Part shown: piece after piece, positions 19,667 to 28,090 of the stretch
Layout: every line of letters begins with the position of its first letter
How positions within the stretch are numbered: position 1 is the first letter of the stretch
IMG/VR virus record: IMGVR_UViG_3300037189_023236
Strand: one strand, 5' to 3'
From: a virus
Length of the DNA: 64,000 nucleotides
Translations under genes and position numbers: made by a program
The notes under the pieces: model-generated
What the model saw: the letters and a program-made list of their open reading frames with translations, nothing else
Databases searched by the model: none
What the model was told of the DNA's origin: nothing

Positions 19667-19980
19667 TTCTGATTTGCCGTCAATTGTGCGGCGGCAAGAG
19701 CAGCTTCATATGTACCACGCGCTAGGATACGCGTCTTGGTAGCCTCGCGGATCTTACCGAGGTAATCCGAATACTCTGCGTCAGTATTCACGAGAGCTTC
19801 CGCGCTCGAAAAGCTGTGTGGCTTTCCGGTAAGCGGATTGTCGCCCGCCGTCATAATCCGACTAACCGCGGCCATTTTTACGCCTATTCGATTGTCTTCG
19901 AGCGTCATTTCATTTTCCACAGCTGTTGCGTACGCGGCTGTGGCAGCGGCGATATTGGTCAGAAACTTTTCTGCAGACAC
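19663..19980 (-). CDS. Hypothetical helical protein
   Basis: NPLTGKPHS.SSAE motif; coupled to neighbours. Confidence 0.65.
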   Translation of the reverse strand: MSAEKFLTNIAAATAAYATAVENEMTLEDNRIGVKMAAVSRIMTAGDNPLTGKPHSFSSAEALVNTDAEYSDYLGKIREATKTRILARGTYEAALAAAQLTANQK

Positions 19981-19992
19981 GTGTAACCCTTT

Positions 19993-20268
19993 CTAGTTGA
20001 CAGATGGTTTTAATCTGTCGGTGGGGAGATTGTCTTCGTCAGATTTTTCAGAAAAGCCAAGGCGCCTAAACACCTTGGCTATACGCCGGTTTGTTTCTTC
20101 TTCCGGCTCGCCGACAAGCAATTTAAACGTTTTGTTCGGCTTGTCGAGCTCAAATATGCTCATGGTCCCAGGAACAGCCCATGTTCCTTTGTTTTTCAAT
20201 ATGCGGACCATCTCTGTCTGCCACGTGATATCCGTCGGCGTGGGTTCCCATCGCGTGTCGGGAATCAT
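19993..20268 (-). CDS. Hypothetical protein
   Basis: ORF track; tight packing. Confidence 0.65.
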   Translation of the reverse strand: MIPDTRWEPTPTDITWQTEMVRILKNKGTWAVPGTMSIFELDKPNKTFKLLVGEPEEETNRRIAKVFRRLGFSEKSDEDNLPTDRLKPSVN

Positions 20269-20271
20269 TTG

Positions 20272-20505
20272 TCAGTCCGGCAACAGCGTAAATCCGCGCG
20301 CCTCAAGCTTTTCGCGGATTTCGTTGATTGTCGTGTGGCCGCAATTCTTCAGCTTTTTGAACGCGCTGGCGGTGCAGTTTGACAGCTCGCCGATCGTTGC
20401 GCACCCGAGAGCCTCTGCAGCCTTTTTAGCCCGCGTGCCAAGATTGAGCTCAGCAATACTGGCGTTAAAGTCCGAATCGCTCGTGTTCTCTGGCGTCAAG
20501 TTCAT
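20272..20505 (-). CDS. Stand-alone RNA polymerase alpha-subunit C-terminal-domain protein
   Basis: SIAELNLGTRA....LG..TIGEL...T...F.KLKN.G..TINEI.EKL...G..L matches the alpha-CTD pattern. Confidence 0.85.
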   Translation of the reverse strand: MNLTPENTSDSDFNASIAELNLGTRAKKAAEALGCATIGELSNCTASAFKKLKNCGHTTINEIREKLEARGFTLLPD

Positions 20506-20707
20506 TGAGGCGTTCCTTTCTTGTTAGTTTCCGTCTTGGATATTTGTAAGCGTGGCATAGTTGGCATTTAGCTTGCCCGCAATCAGCAACGCGGCGTCCT
20601 TTTCTAAAATGCCCTTGTTCGGGCGCCCAACCAGCGGCGTCAAACAGATGAACAAACAAATTGCGCCGCTTTTTTGCTAGATTTTTTTCAGTCTGACAGC
20701 GTTTCAT
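20465..20707 (-). CDS. Small basic Cys-containing phage protein
   Basis: DCG...C.LCH..K..RRKLT.KE motif; overlaps both neighbours. Confidence 0.55.
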   Translation of the reverse strand: MKRCQTEKNLAKKRRNLFVHLFDAAGWAPEQGHFRKGRRVADCGQAKCQLCHAYKYPRRKLTRKERLNELDAREHERFGL

Positions 20708-21176
20708 CTTCCGCCTCTTCTGCCTCGTCTCTCGAGTCGCATAGGATAACGCATGTGCACCCACAACGTTCTGCAATAGTTACTACAGCTTTGTGATACA
20801 CAGACACTGGCTTGCGCCGGTCAAGATATCCGGCGCTTATCAGCGCATACAAACCAAGCTGCGCCAGCCCTCGATTACGTAATTCTCCATCGGTAAAGCA
20901 CTCGATGGTTTGAACTGGAATCAGGTTTCCTTTGAATTTTTCAAAGAACGGGCGTGTAGCTACCCATGAGGCAAAATAACCGTTGTGATAAACCAGGGCC
21001 ATCGTCATTGGCGGATGCGGCCCGGGTTCTTTGTTAACATGGCGCCGCAACACTTCTGGCTGCATGCTATCGTGGAGCGCCTCTTCCAGCGGCCACGATA
21101 GCCTGTTACAGATCTCGCGAACTTCTGTCGGTTTTAGATCTGAAATGTCGCGGATATAGATAGCAAAATCGCTCAT
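20688..21176 (-). CDS. GNAT-like acetyltransferase (divergent)
   Basis: FTDGELRNRGLA motif-A-like segment; AGGAG RBS. Confidence 0.5.
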   Translation of the reverse strand: MSDFAIYIRDISDLKPTEVREICNRLSWPLEEALHDSMQPEVLRRHVNKEPGPHPPMTMALVYHNGYFASWVATRPFFEKFKGNLIPVQTIECFTDGELRNRGLAQLGLYALISAGYLDRRKPVSVYHKAVVTIAERCGCTCVILCDSRDEAEEAEDETLSD

Positions 21177-21212
21177 GTTATATGCTCCTAGGCATATCGC
21201 GATTTTACCAAA

Positions 21213-21285
21213 AGCCGAAGGTCGGACTCGAACCGACGACCTACTGATTACAAATCAGTAGCTCTACCAACTGAGCTACTTCGGC
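21213..21285 (-). tRNA. tRNA-Thr(UGU), no encoded CCA
   Basis: GCCGAAG acceptor stem, TAGCTCAGTTGGTAGAGC D-arm, CTGAT-TTGTAAT-CAG anticodon arm, GGTTCGAGTCC T-arm. Confidence 0.95.
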
Positions 21286-21290
21286 GAAAA

Positions 21291-21590
21291 TCAGTCATCA
21301 ACTAAATCGTCTTCATCGTCGTATTCGTCGAAATACTCGGGATCGTCGTCTTCATCTTCATCTTCTTCGCTGTCTGCTTCCCAATCAAAATCGTCGGCAT
21401 CTTCGTCGTCATCATCTTCGTCAACATACCAGTCCACGTTGGGGCGATACTGCGTCTCGTCATCGTCGTCAATATCGTCGTCATCGTCGGGTATTTCGTC
21501 GTCGTCGACAAACTGCCAATCTTCGTCGATAAAGTCGTCGTCGAAGTTATCGTCTTTTTTGGCCAACTTTTGTACGACAGGCTTACCCAT
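21291..21590 (-). CDS. Extremely acidic low-complexity protein
   Basis: 55 of 99 residues are D/E; AAGGAG RBS. Confidence 0.7.
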   Translation of the reverse strand: MGKPVVQKLAKKDDNFDDDFIDEDWQFVDDDEIPDDDDDIDDDDETQYRPNVDWYVDEDDDDEDADDFDWEADSEEDEDEDDDPEYFDEYDDEDDLVDD

Positions 21591-21600
21591 TTACTGCTCC

Positions 21601-24231
21601 TTAGCCGGCGTGTTTTGCGGCGTTGTTGTTGTAGTCGCCCCAAAAAGCGTCACACCAATCTCTGGTTATTAACAAACCTGGCATATTGTGCACAGAATAT
21701 TCGCCGCAAAATACGCCCTGTTTCGTAAAACAGTCTATCAAAGCGCTCCAGTTAGGAACAATGCCGGCGCTGAGTAAGTATTTGTTTATCGCCTTTTTAC
21801 TTAGCCACCAATGCTGTTTGTTTCTAATTAGATAATTTGGCCGCTGCCCTGCATAGCGCGGTTGCGGCAGCACGTCAATTTTTTCGAGCGCGATAGCGTC
21901 GTTAAGCATCCGCATAAACGCTATGTGCGCTGTTTCCGGTTGCAGTATCATCTGCTGCGCGGCTGCCAAATTGAACGAACCGCCATAGCTCATTTCAAGC
22001 CATTTATGGATATCATGCAAAACGGCGACAACCAGCGATCCGCGCGTGTTTAGCCCTAGCCGTTGCCGCAAAACACGCTGAACATACGCCGGAACAATAA
22101 ACCGAATAGGGTCGCAGTTTTTTATTTCAGACAACGGGCAAACTGGCGCTACCGCAGCCCAGCCATAACTAAGCGCGCCAGGAATGCTTGCAGGCAACAT
22201 GCCGACTACGGCCGCAGTATTCGGGCATTTGACGACGGCGCGCTCGAGCAATTTTCCACTTCCGCAAGCAACCGAAATAGCTGTTGGCGAGACGGCAGCT
22301 TGTAGTTCTTTGATTAGCGCGGACATGGTTTGCTGTGCCATGCCGATCTGTTTTGCCGCGCACCCCATGGTCACGCAATATTGCGCGGCTGCTGCGAAGT
22401 TATTCTCTGGAACGGCTACACTTACGCAATTTGCTTCCGTGATAGGCGCCAGCATGTTAGCCAGCACAGCAGCCGTAGTCGCCCACAAAAACGCATCTTC
22501 ATGCGACTGCGTTAGTATGGTTGAAATTGCTGGCGGCGCTGACACCCCTGGTTCTGGAAAATCAAACGTGTTTGTATGCGGAAGCTCGGGGCAGGCCAGC
22601 GGCACAATTGTGCCGTCATTAGCCAGCGTGTAATTGCCGAAATTAAATTCGCGCGTTTTTGCGTTCCAGCCAAATGTTGTGCAGACGTGTACTATTTGCG
22701 GCGGATTTATTTTTAACGCCGTGGCTAACGCCCGCAGGCGATACCGAGAACTGTTTATGACCAGTTCGTTGTGTTCGGCCATTAGTTGCGTAACAAAATC
22801 TAAAAAACCGCCGCGGTCTATTTTCGGTGCTGGCTCGAAAAACGTTATCCGTTTGTCGTTTTTTAGCACATAGCCGGCGTAGTATTTCTTGCCAGTATCG
22901 GTATACACAATTTTGTCTATTACCGGCCGACAGTTAATAATCGGTAAGCCGCGAGCCGTGTACCAGCCGTCGTCTCGCACAATTACATCATGCTCTTGTG
23001 AGTACGCGCTTGCCGTTTCTCTGCGCGGTACTATCCTGTTTAGCACGCGCGAGGCATCATCGGCCGCCATCGTCGTTCTCGTTTTCAAGAACTGACCTAA
23101 CTTATCTCGCGCGATTGTTAGCCGCGCTGCGAACGCCTGGGCCGCTATTGGGTTCAAATTGTTGAATACTTCGGCAAGAGCGCTTTGCCACGTCGTCGCG
23201 TATTTGCAAATTTTAGCTAGCCGTTTTAGCGTGCGCGCCGGCATTGCTGCCTGCACGATGTATTCAGGCGGCGCGGGACAAACATAGCCGCGGCAACCGG
23301 CGGCCTGCGAAATAAGCTCGGCAGTTATGTTTTCAGCGTAAAAAAATCGCTTGCTGTTCGGCAGGCTATTCCACGTAGCGCCGAGACTCGCCGCTTCTAA
23401 TCCGGCGTAGCTGGCTGAAATTGGAAGTAACGGCAATCCGTGCCTTATTTGCGTCGTTTGCGCTTTTAATGCCCAGATTGGATCGTCTACAACAAAATGC
23501 GCGTTTTTGATCGTTGGGTGCGGCGGCAATAACGCGGTTTTGAGTAAATAATATCCGGCATCGGGCCGTACGCATCCCGCCGGGCTTAGCGGTAGGAACG
23601 TACGCTTAGCGTCGAACTCAAGGCTGTATTTCGCTAATAGAAACCCGGATAACCGCCCGGGCAGGTCGTAATACGGAAATACCAGCACAGGCTCGCCGTC
23701 GCGCATATGGCGCGGGTACGCCCGGCTAACCGACGAATACACCGCGGCTAGCTGCACCTCTTCGGCTGCGCCTACAAGCCCGGTACACGGAATATCGCGC
23801 GATATTCCAAAATCGCGCAATTTATGGCCGATAGCCTCCGAACCCACCGACCAAAGCTGGTTTTCAGCCTCCGCCCAAAGTTCGTTGGCGCGCTGTAGTC
23901 GTAGTGCCTGTTTGACGCTATTGGTAACATAATCCTCGGCGCCAATGTTCCTAGCGCATAGCTTTTCTGCTACAAATCGGTCAAGCGCCGCCGCCGGGTC
24001 GATCTTCCAGATTTGCGCCGCGAATGTTATGATATTTCCGTAGGCCGAGCAGCCGTCGCAATTAAACCAGACGTCTTCTCGCGCCATGTCGTCGTAGGCG
24101 TAAAGCGCTGTTTCACCACAAAACGGACAATTTAATACTGTCGGAAAGACAAGATTGTCCGGCGCAAAACCCATAACGGATAATGCGCTGCCGTGATTGT
24201 GGCGTCGGATAATGGAGCTAAATAACGTCAT
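21601..24231 (-). CDS. Primase-like multidomain protein with N-terminal zinc-binding domain, apparently degenerate
   Basis: CPFC..CDGC...GNIITF; LVFPYYD..G...GF; DUF927-like FGW..F..G segment. Confidence 0.55.
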   Translation of the reverse strand: MTLFSSIIRRHNHGSALSVMGFAPDNLVFPTVLNCPFCGETALYAYDDMAREDVWFNCDGCSAYGNIITFAAQIWKIDPAAALDRFVAEKLCARNIGAEDYVTNSVKQALRLQRANELWAEAENQLWSVGSEAIGHKLRDFGISRDIPCTGLVGAAEEVQLAAVYSSVSRAYPRHMRDGEPVLVFPYYDLPGRLSGFLLAKYSLEFDAKRTFLPLSPAGCVRPDAGYYLLKTALLPPHPTIKNAHFVVDDPIWALKAQTTQIRHGLPLLPISASYAGLEAASLGATWNSLPNSKRFFYAENITAELISQAAGCRGYVCPAPPEYIVQAAMPARTLKRLAKICKYATTWQSALAEVFNNLNPIAAQAFAARLTIARDKLGQFLKTRTTMAADDASRVLNRIVPRRETASAYSQEHDVIVRDDGWYTARGLPIINCRPVIDKIVYTDTGKKYYAGYVLKNDKRITFFEPAPKIDRGGFLDFVTQLMAEHNELVINSSRYRLRALATALKINPPQIVHVCTTFGWNAKTREFNFGNYTLANDGTIVPLACPELPHTNTFDFPEPGVSAPPAISTILTQSHEDAFLWATTAAVLANMLAPITEANCVSVAVPENNFAAAAQYCVTMGCAAKQIGMAQQTMSALIKELQAAVSPTAISVACGSGKLLERAVVKCPNTAAVVGMLPASIPGALSYGWAAVAPVCPLSEIKNCDPIRFIVPAYVQRVLRQRLGLNTRGSLVVAVLHDIHKWLEMSYGGSFNLAAAQQMILQPETAHIAFMRMLNDAIALEKIDVLPQPRYAGQRPNYLIRNKQHWWLSKKAINKYLLSAGIVPNWSALIDCFTKQGVFCGEYSVHNMPGLLITRDWCDAFWGDYNNNAAKHAG

Positions 24232-25417
24232 GAATATGCTAGATCACACGCAAGACATCAGCGGCCGCGAAACCCATCGGTTATTGTCTTTGTATACGCC
24301 GCCGGATTTTGTTAAATCTGCGTCCGCTGACCGGCTCAACGGCGATCCCGAAAAGCTTGCTAGGCATCTTTACGCCGATCCGAGCAAGAAACTTTATCCA
24401 TGCCATACAGCTCCTGCTACTTGGATGTCTGCATTATGGTTTACCGAAAAACGAGCAGAATTTGACGCCGCGATGGCCTCGACCATCGAAACGCGCATTA
24501 AAACGGCTGCAAACTATTTTGGCATCGCGGGGGCCGTAGAGCAATTAATGGAGAAAGTGGCCCGCGACAACAGCAACGAATTGGCCAAGCTACCCGACAC
24601 GGCATTTGCCATCGTTTGGAAAGACGAAGCCGGCAACACTGAACGCCACTGGCCCATGCGCAATGCGACCGAGGTTAAGTTTGCCTGCGCGCATTTCCGC
24701 AAGTATCGCGACGAGTTCATTTTTGCCGATCGGCATAAAATCGCTAATAAAATTCTCGACAAGGCGCTCGAGTTTGGGGCCGACACATCGGCGGCGGAGG
24801 GCATTTTGGAGTCGACGGCCGGGCGTGGCTTGTGCGCCACAAAAGTCGCGGCCGAGCTTCTCAGGGACCGCGCTGCACGTACGGCTAGGACGCACGCAGC
24901 GCTTAGCGAAGAAATGACCAAGCTTGCCGAGTTAGTAGAAGCAAACCCGGCAGAAACGCAGCACGAAGAGTGCCGGCTAAAGCTGGCCGCCGTAATTGAT
25001 CAATTTGACCGCGAGACGAAGCTCTGCCGGTTGTACGACGATAACGGCCTCTCTCGCGCTGAAGAAGTCCTTTTCGCTATCACCGAGAAGGTTGCCCGCG
25101 ATTTTATGAGTGAAAACGTGGAAACAACCACCGGTAATGTGTACGCCCTGGAAGATATCGAAAAACTGGCTGTTGAAGATATTCGCAGCTGGATGGGCGA
25201 CGACTTTGCGGACGCTGTCTCAACCGGCGGCGTCTACACGGATCGCGACAAGCTGGCGGCAATTGTTCCCACGCTTGATCGTGGAATGGCCGCCACTTTC
25301 GACCGGCTTATGCAAGAAAAGCGCGCCTATCCGATTGTGACAAAGGCGGCCGCGGCGTCGCTAATGCCCGAAGACAGGCTTTATGATTTAGCCGCAGAGT
25401 TTAAGTTTGACGGCTGA
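24230..25417 (+). CDS. Probable head/virion protein rich in K-x-A motifs
   Basis: ORF track; internal repeat K.YPCHT / R.WPMRN; GGAG upstream of ATG 24230 (start uncertain). Confidence 0.6.
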   Translation: MNMLDHTQDISGRETHRLLSLYTPPDFVKSASADRLNGDPEKLARHLYADPSKKLYPCHTAPATWMSALWFTEKRAEFDAAMASTIETRIKTAANYFGIAGAVEQLMEKVARDNSNELAKLPDTAFAIVWKDEAGNTERHWPMRNATEVKFACAHFRKYRDEFIFADRHKIANKILDKALEFGADTSAAEGILESTAGRGLCATKVAAELLRDRAARTARTHAALSEEMTKLAELVEANPAETQHEECRLKLAAVIDQFDRETKLCRLYDDNGLSRAEEVLFAITEKVARDFMSENVETTTGNVYALEDIEKLAVEDIRSWMGDDFADAVSTGGVYTDRDKLAAIVPTLDRGMAATFDRLMQEKRAYPIVTKAAAASLMPEDRLYDLAAEFKFDG

Positions 25418-25614
25418 GTCGCGGCAATTCGCTGTCTTTGTGCGCGCAAGTCAAACTTGATTTTCGGAATTAGTTCCGAGCGCAATACCGTTACGTTTGG
25501 CGGCGCGACAAAACCAAGGCGCACAGAGCCGTTGTCGCGGATCTCAATGACTTTAACCTGAATATCCTCGCCAATTTCGATTGTCTCGCCCTCTCGACGC
25601 GTTAAAACAAGCAC
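25381..25614 (-). CDS. csrA: Carbon storage regulator CsrA/RsmA
   Basis: MLVLTRR.GE.I.IG.DI.V.V..I....VRLG..AP..V.V.R.E. Confidence 0.92.
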   Translation of the reverse strand: MLVLTRREGETIEIGEDIQVKVIEIRDNGSVRLGFVAPPNVTVLRSELIPKIKFDLRAQRQRIAATQPSNLNSAAKS

Positions 25615-25621
25615 GGCTTCC

Positions 25622-26302
25622 TTACCTTTTGGTGAGTGACTTAGATAGCGTTTGTACTACAGCAGCCGTAGAACCATTAACGAGCTGCAGCGCTTGCAAC
25701 TGCTCAATTAGCATTACCGCTTTTTGGCGCAGCGTATTGTCAATTTCGGCAGACTTGCCGGCCTCGGTGTCATAAATGGCGTTGAACATCAGCGGATCGT
25801 CTGAGAACTGATTCGCCGCGTCAGACACGTTAGCGCGGCGAATAGCGATTTGCAGCACGTCAGGCGCGTTGATAATGCCTTCGCTGTCCAGCACAGAACC
25901 GATGTACCCGCGTATCTCGTCATTGAATGGGCCGTCTTCGTCATCCTCTGGCGGCGCAATCAAAAGCGCCTCTGTTATACCCCAAGCAATTTCTGAGCTG
26001 TCTGCGGGGTCGAACATATCCGGGCGGTATGTGTCTCCGCTCAGGATATTACAGAATGTGATAAAGTCCGGGAGGTTGTTGTAAAACGAGTCTGAGGTCA
26101 GGATATTGATCGCCACCATAAGCTTGTCGATAGCGTGTTGCGGCAAATCAACGCTGAACTCCTCCTCGATTTCCATCACAATTGTGGCCGGATCCCACTG
26201 CAGCGCTTCTACGCCAAACCTATCCAGAAACGCTGTCAATAGAACTATCCCGAACGTGTGCGGGCTTTTCCACATCTCCGTCAGCAGCTTGTCGTTTGGC
26301 AT
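25622..26302 (-). CDS. Conserved acidic phage protein (start MPNDKL)
   Basis: GGAG RBS; L.WDP.T, DKL.., E.AWG..E motifs. Confidence 0.7.
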   Translation of the reverse strand: MPNDKLLTEMWKSPHTFGIVLLTAFLDRFGVEALQWDPATIVMEIEEEFSVDLPQHAIDKLMVAINILTSDSFYNNLPDFITFCNILSGDTYRPDMFDPADSSEIAWGITEALLIAPPEDDEDGPFNDEIRGYIGSVLDSEGIINAPDVLQIAIRRANVSDAANQFSDDPLMFNAIYDTEAGKSAEIDNTLRQKAVMLIEQLQALQLVNGSTAAVVQTLSKSLTKR

Positions 26303-26744
26303 GCAACCCGCTCCGTTTTTCAAGTTTGTATTTTCCGCGCCTATACAGCTCATTCAGATTATACGAAATCGTTTCCATAGGTACGGCCGGTAGTTGCGAC
26401 ACTGTTTCGCCGGAACTTAGGTCTAAAAACCCAGTATGCCCTGTCCAGGTGCAATGCGCGCCATCGGCAAATGCAACTAGCGCCATATCGGTAACGGCCT
26501 GCATCTGTACGGCCGAAGTCTCATCTAGAATTAATGCGCGCTGTTCCGGCGTTAAAAATACAAGGTTTTCCAGCATAGCCGCGGTTAGTACCCTGACAAG
26601 TAATTCTGGCGTTACCGTGTCGTCCTCCGCAGGCATGTCGAACCCGCCCGATTTGACAATATTGCGCAATTGCAACTTGCTGAACTTTACAGTCTCGGTT
26701 ACCATACTCCAAGTAACCGGTTTTTCTTTTTCGGAGGTTTTCAT
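26220..26744 (-). CDS. Hypothetical protein (start uncertain)
   Basis: Protein-like C-terminal part of the 26220-26963 frame. Confidence 0.55.
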   Translation of the reverse strand: MKTSEKEKPVTWSMVTETVKFSKLQLRNIVKSGGFDMPAEDDTVTPELLVRVLTAAMLENLVFLTPEQRALILDETSAVQMQAVTDMALVAFADGAHCTWTGHTGFLDLSSGETVSQLPAVPMETISYNLNELYRRGKYKLEKRSGLHAKRQAADGDVEKPAHVRDSSIDSVSG

Positions 26745-27018
26745 GGTATCCATTCTTGACGACATGACGCGTGTAACTCCGGGTCGCGGGGATTTCGTAG
26801 TTGCTGGTAAGGATATCGAACAACTGATGTCCGCCGCTACCTCAAATTTGGTTCTACAAAAAGCCGCCGAGGCCGGGCTGAACCGACCTGGTGTATCCAA
26901 CGCAAGCGGCCCGTATCCAGTAGACGTAGACGGTAAAACCGACGACGACCTGCTAATGGGCAAACGCGGGCCGGTCGCAGGTTATCGTCGGGATTTTGTC
27001 GTGCTCGCTGGCCTTTGA
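26743..27018 (+). CDS. Small hypothetical, possibly virion, protein MVSILDD...VLAGL
   Basis: GGAGG RBS 5 nt upstream of ATG 26743. Confidence 0.7.
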   Translation: MVSILDDMTRVTPGRGDFVVAGKDIEQLMSAATSNLVLQKAAEAGLNRPGVSNASGPYPVDVDGKTDDDLLMGKRGPVAGYRRDFVVLAGL

Positions 27019-27384
27019 TTAGCGCGGCAACGGCACCGGGCGATCGCCGTCGTCATTTCTGTCTACAATAATCATTTGGCCGGGCTGCCCAAACGCAAAC
27101 GACACAACAGCGAAGCACACCGGAGTGCGGCAGTCGATGTCTAGCCGTTTAGCGCAAGCATTCGCAACGCGAAAACTCATTTTTTCTGCCGCCTCGATGG
27201 CCGCTTCTTTGGTTTTGAATAAACCAACTGGGACGTCGTCCATAGTGTGCCGCCAAACAACGAGATAGCCGTCGAGCCCGTTGCTGATTGTAGCCCCAGA
27301 ATAGTCCCACGCTGGCTCGAATGCTTTCGATAAAATGCGTTCTCGCGTTGCGGTTGTCTTTTTCTTCTTTTGCGATGTTGCCAT
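27019..27384 (-). CDS. Hypothetical protein
   Basis: YLV.WRH.MDD.P..L motif; ORF track. Confidence 0.65.
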   Translation of the reverse strand: MATSQKKKKTTATRERILSKAFEPAWDYSGATISNGLDGYLVVWRHTMDDVPVGLFKTKEAAIEAAEKMSFRVANACAKRLDIDCRTPVCFAVVSFAFGQPGQMIIVDRNDDGDRPVPLPR

Positions 27385-27493
27385 TTGAAAGTTTGCACTC
27401 CAAAGTTGTTGATGCGCACCAGTTTGGTGCGGGTTTCTGCCGCAAGTTTGACTACGCCGTCAAACCGATAGTGAATACTGCCAATTTTTAGTA

Positions 27494-27973
27494 CTATTGT
27501 TCGCTGTTAAATTTTTTGATGTGCGCCAGCCTTGCCGCATAGAACTGCGCGATCATCGGCGCCACGCCCTCAAAATTTTTCTGGATATCCGGCAGCACGA
27601 CCTCTCGAAACACGCGAATAATCGTAGCCTCTAGCCGGCTTAGCGCTTCTTTCGTGTAGCGGGCGGACGCTGCCTGCATAGCCGCTTCGCGCACTTCTGG
27701 AGACGTGTCAAGCAAAATCTGCAGATACGTCGGGCAGATAAACCGCGCCTCGTGACCAAGTGCGCGCATTGTTTTTAGCGTTTCTTGCGGCGCGCTAAAA
27801 ATTGGCTTTCCAGGATCCGGGTCTTTTTTGTCCAAGCTCTTCGGATCTGGGTGCCGAATATTTTTCAGCAGCCAGCCGTATTCTGCGATATCAGAATTCG
27901 GATCTGACATCGTGTATGCCGCTTTTGGCCGCGTCGGTGCATTCGGGTCGTGGAGTGTGTGTCTCTTTGCCAT
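27494..27973 (-). CDS. Hypothetical protein
   Basis: ORF track; co-directional. Confidence 0.6.
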   Translation of the reverse strand: MAKRHTLHDPNAPTRPKAAYTMSDPNSDIAEYGWLLKNIRHPDPKSLDKKDPDPGKPIFSAPQETLKTMRALGHEARFICPTYLQILLDTSPEVREAAMQAASARYTKEALSRLEATIIRVFREVVLPDIQKNFEGVAPMIAQFYAARLAHIKKFNSEQ

Positions 27974-28021
27974 GCTCGCTAATAGCTAAGGAAAATCGTG
28001 ATAGGTAAGACATAACGCTGG

Positions 28022-28072
28022 TGTACCAAGACTTTGCAACCTGTAAAAACAATGTTGCAAAGTCTTGGTACA
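28022..28072. repeat. Perfect 19-bp inverted repeat with 13-nt spacer
   Basis: TGTACCAAGACTTTGCAAC / GTTGCAAAGTCTTGGTACA. Confidence 0.9.
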
Positions 28073-28090
28073 AACCAGACTTGACTGCAT

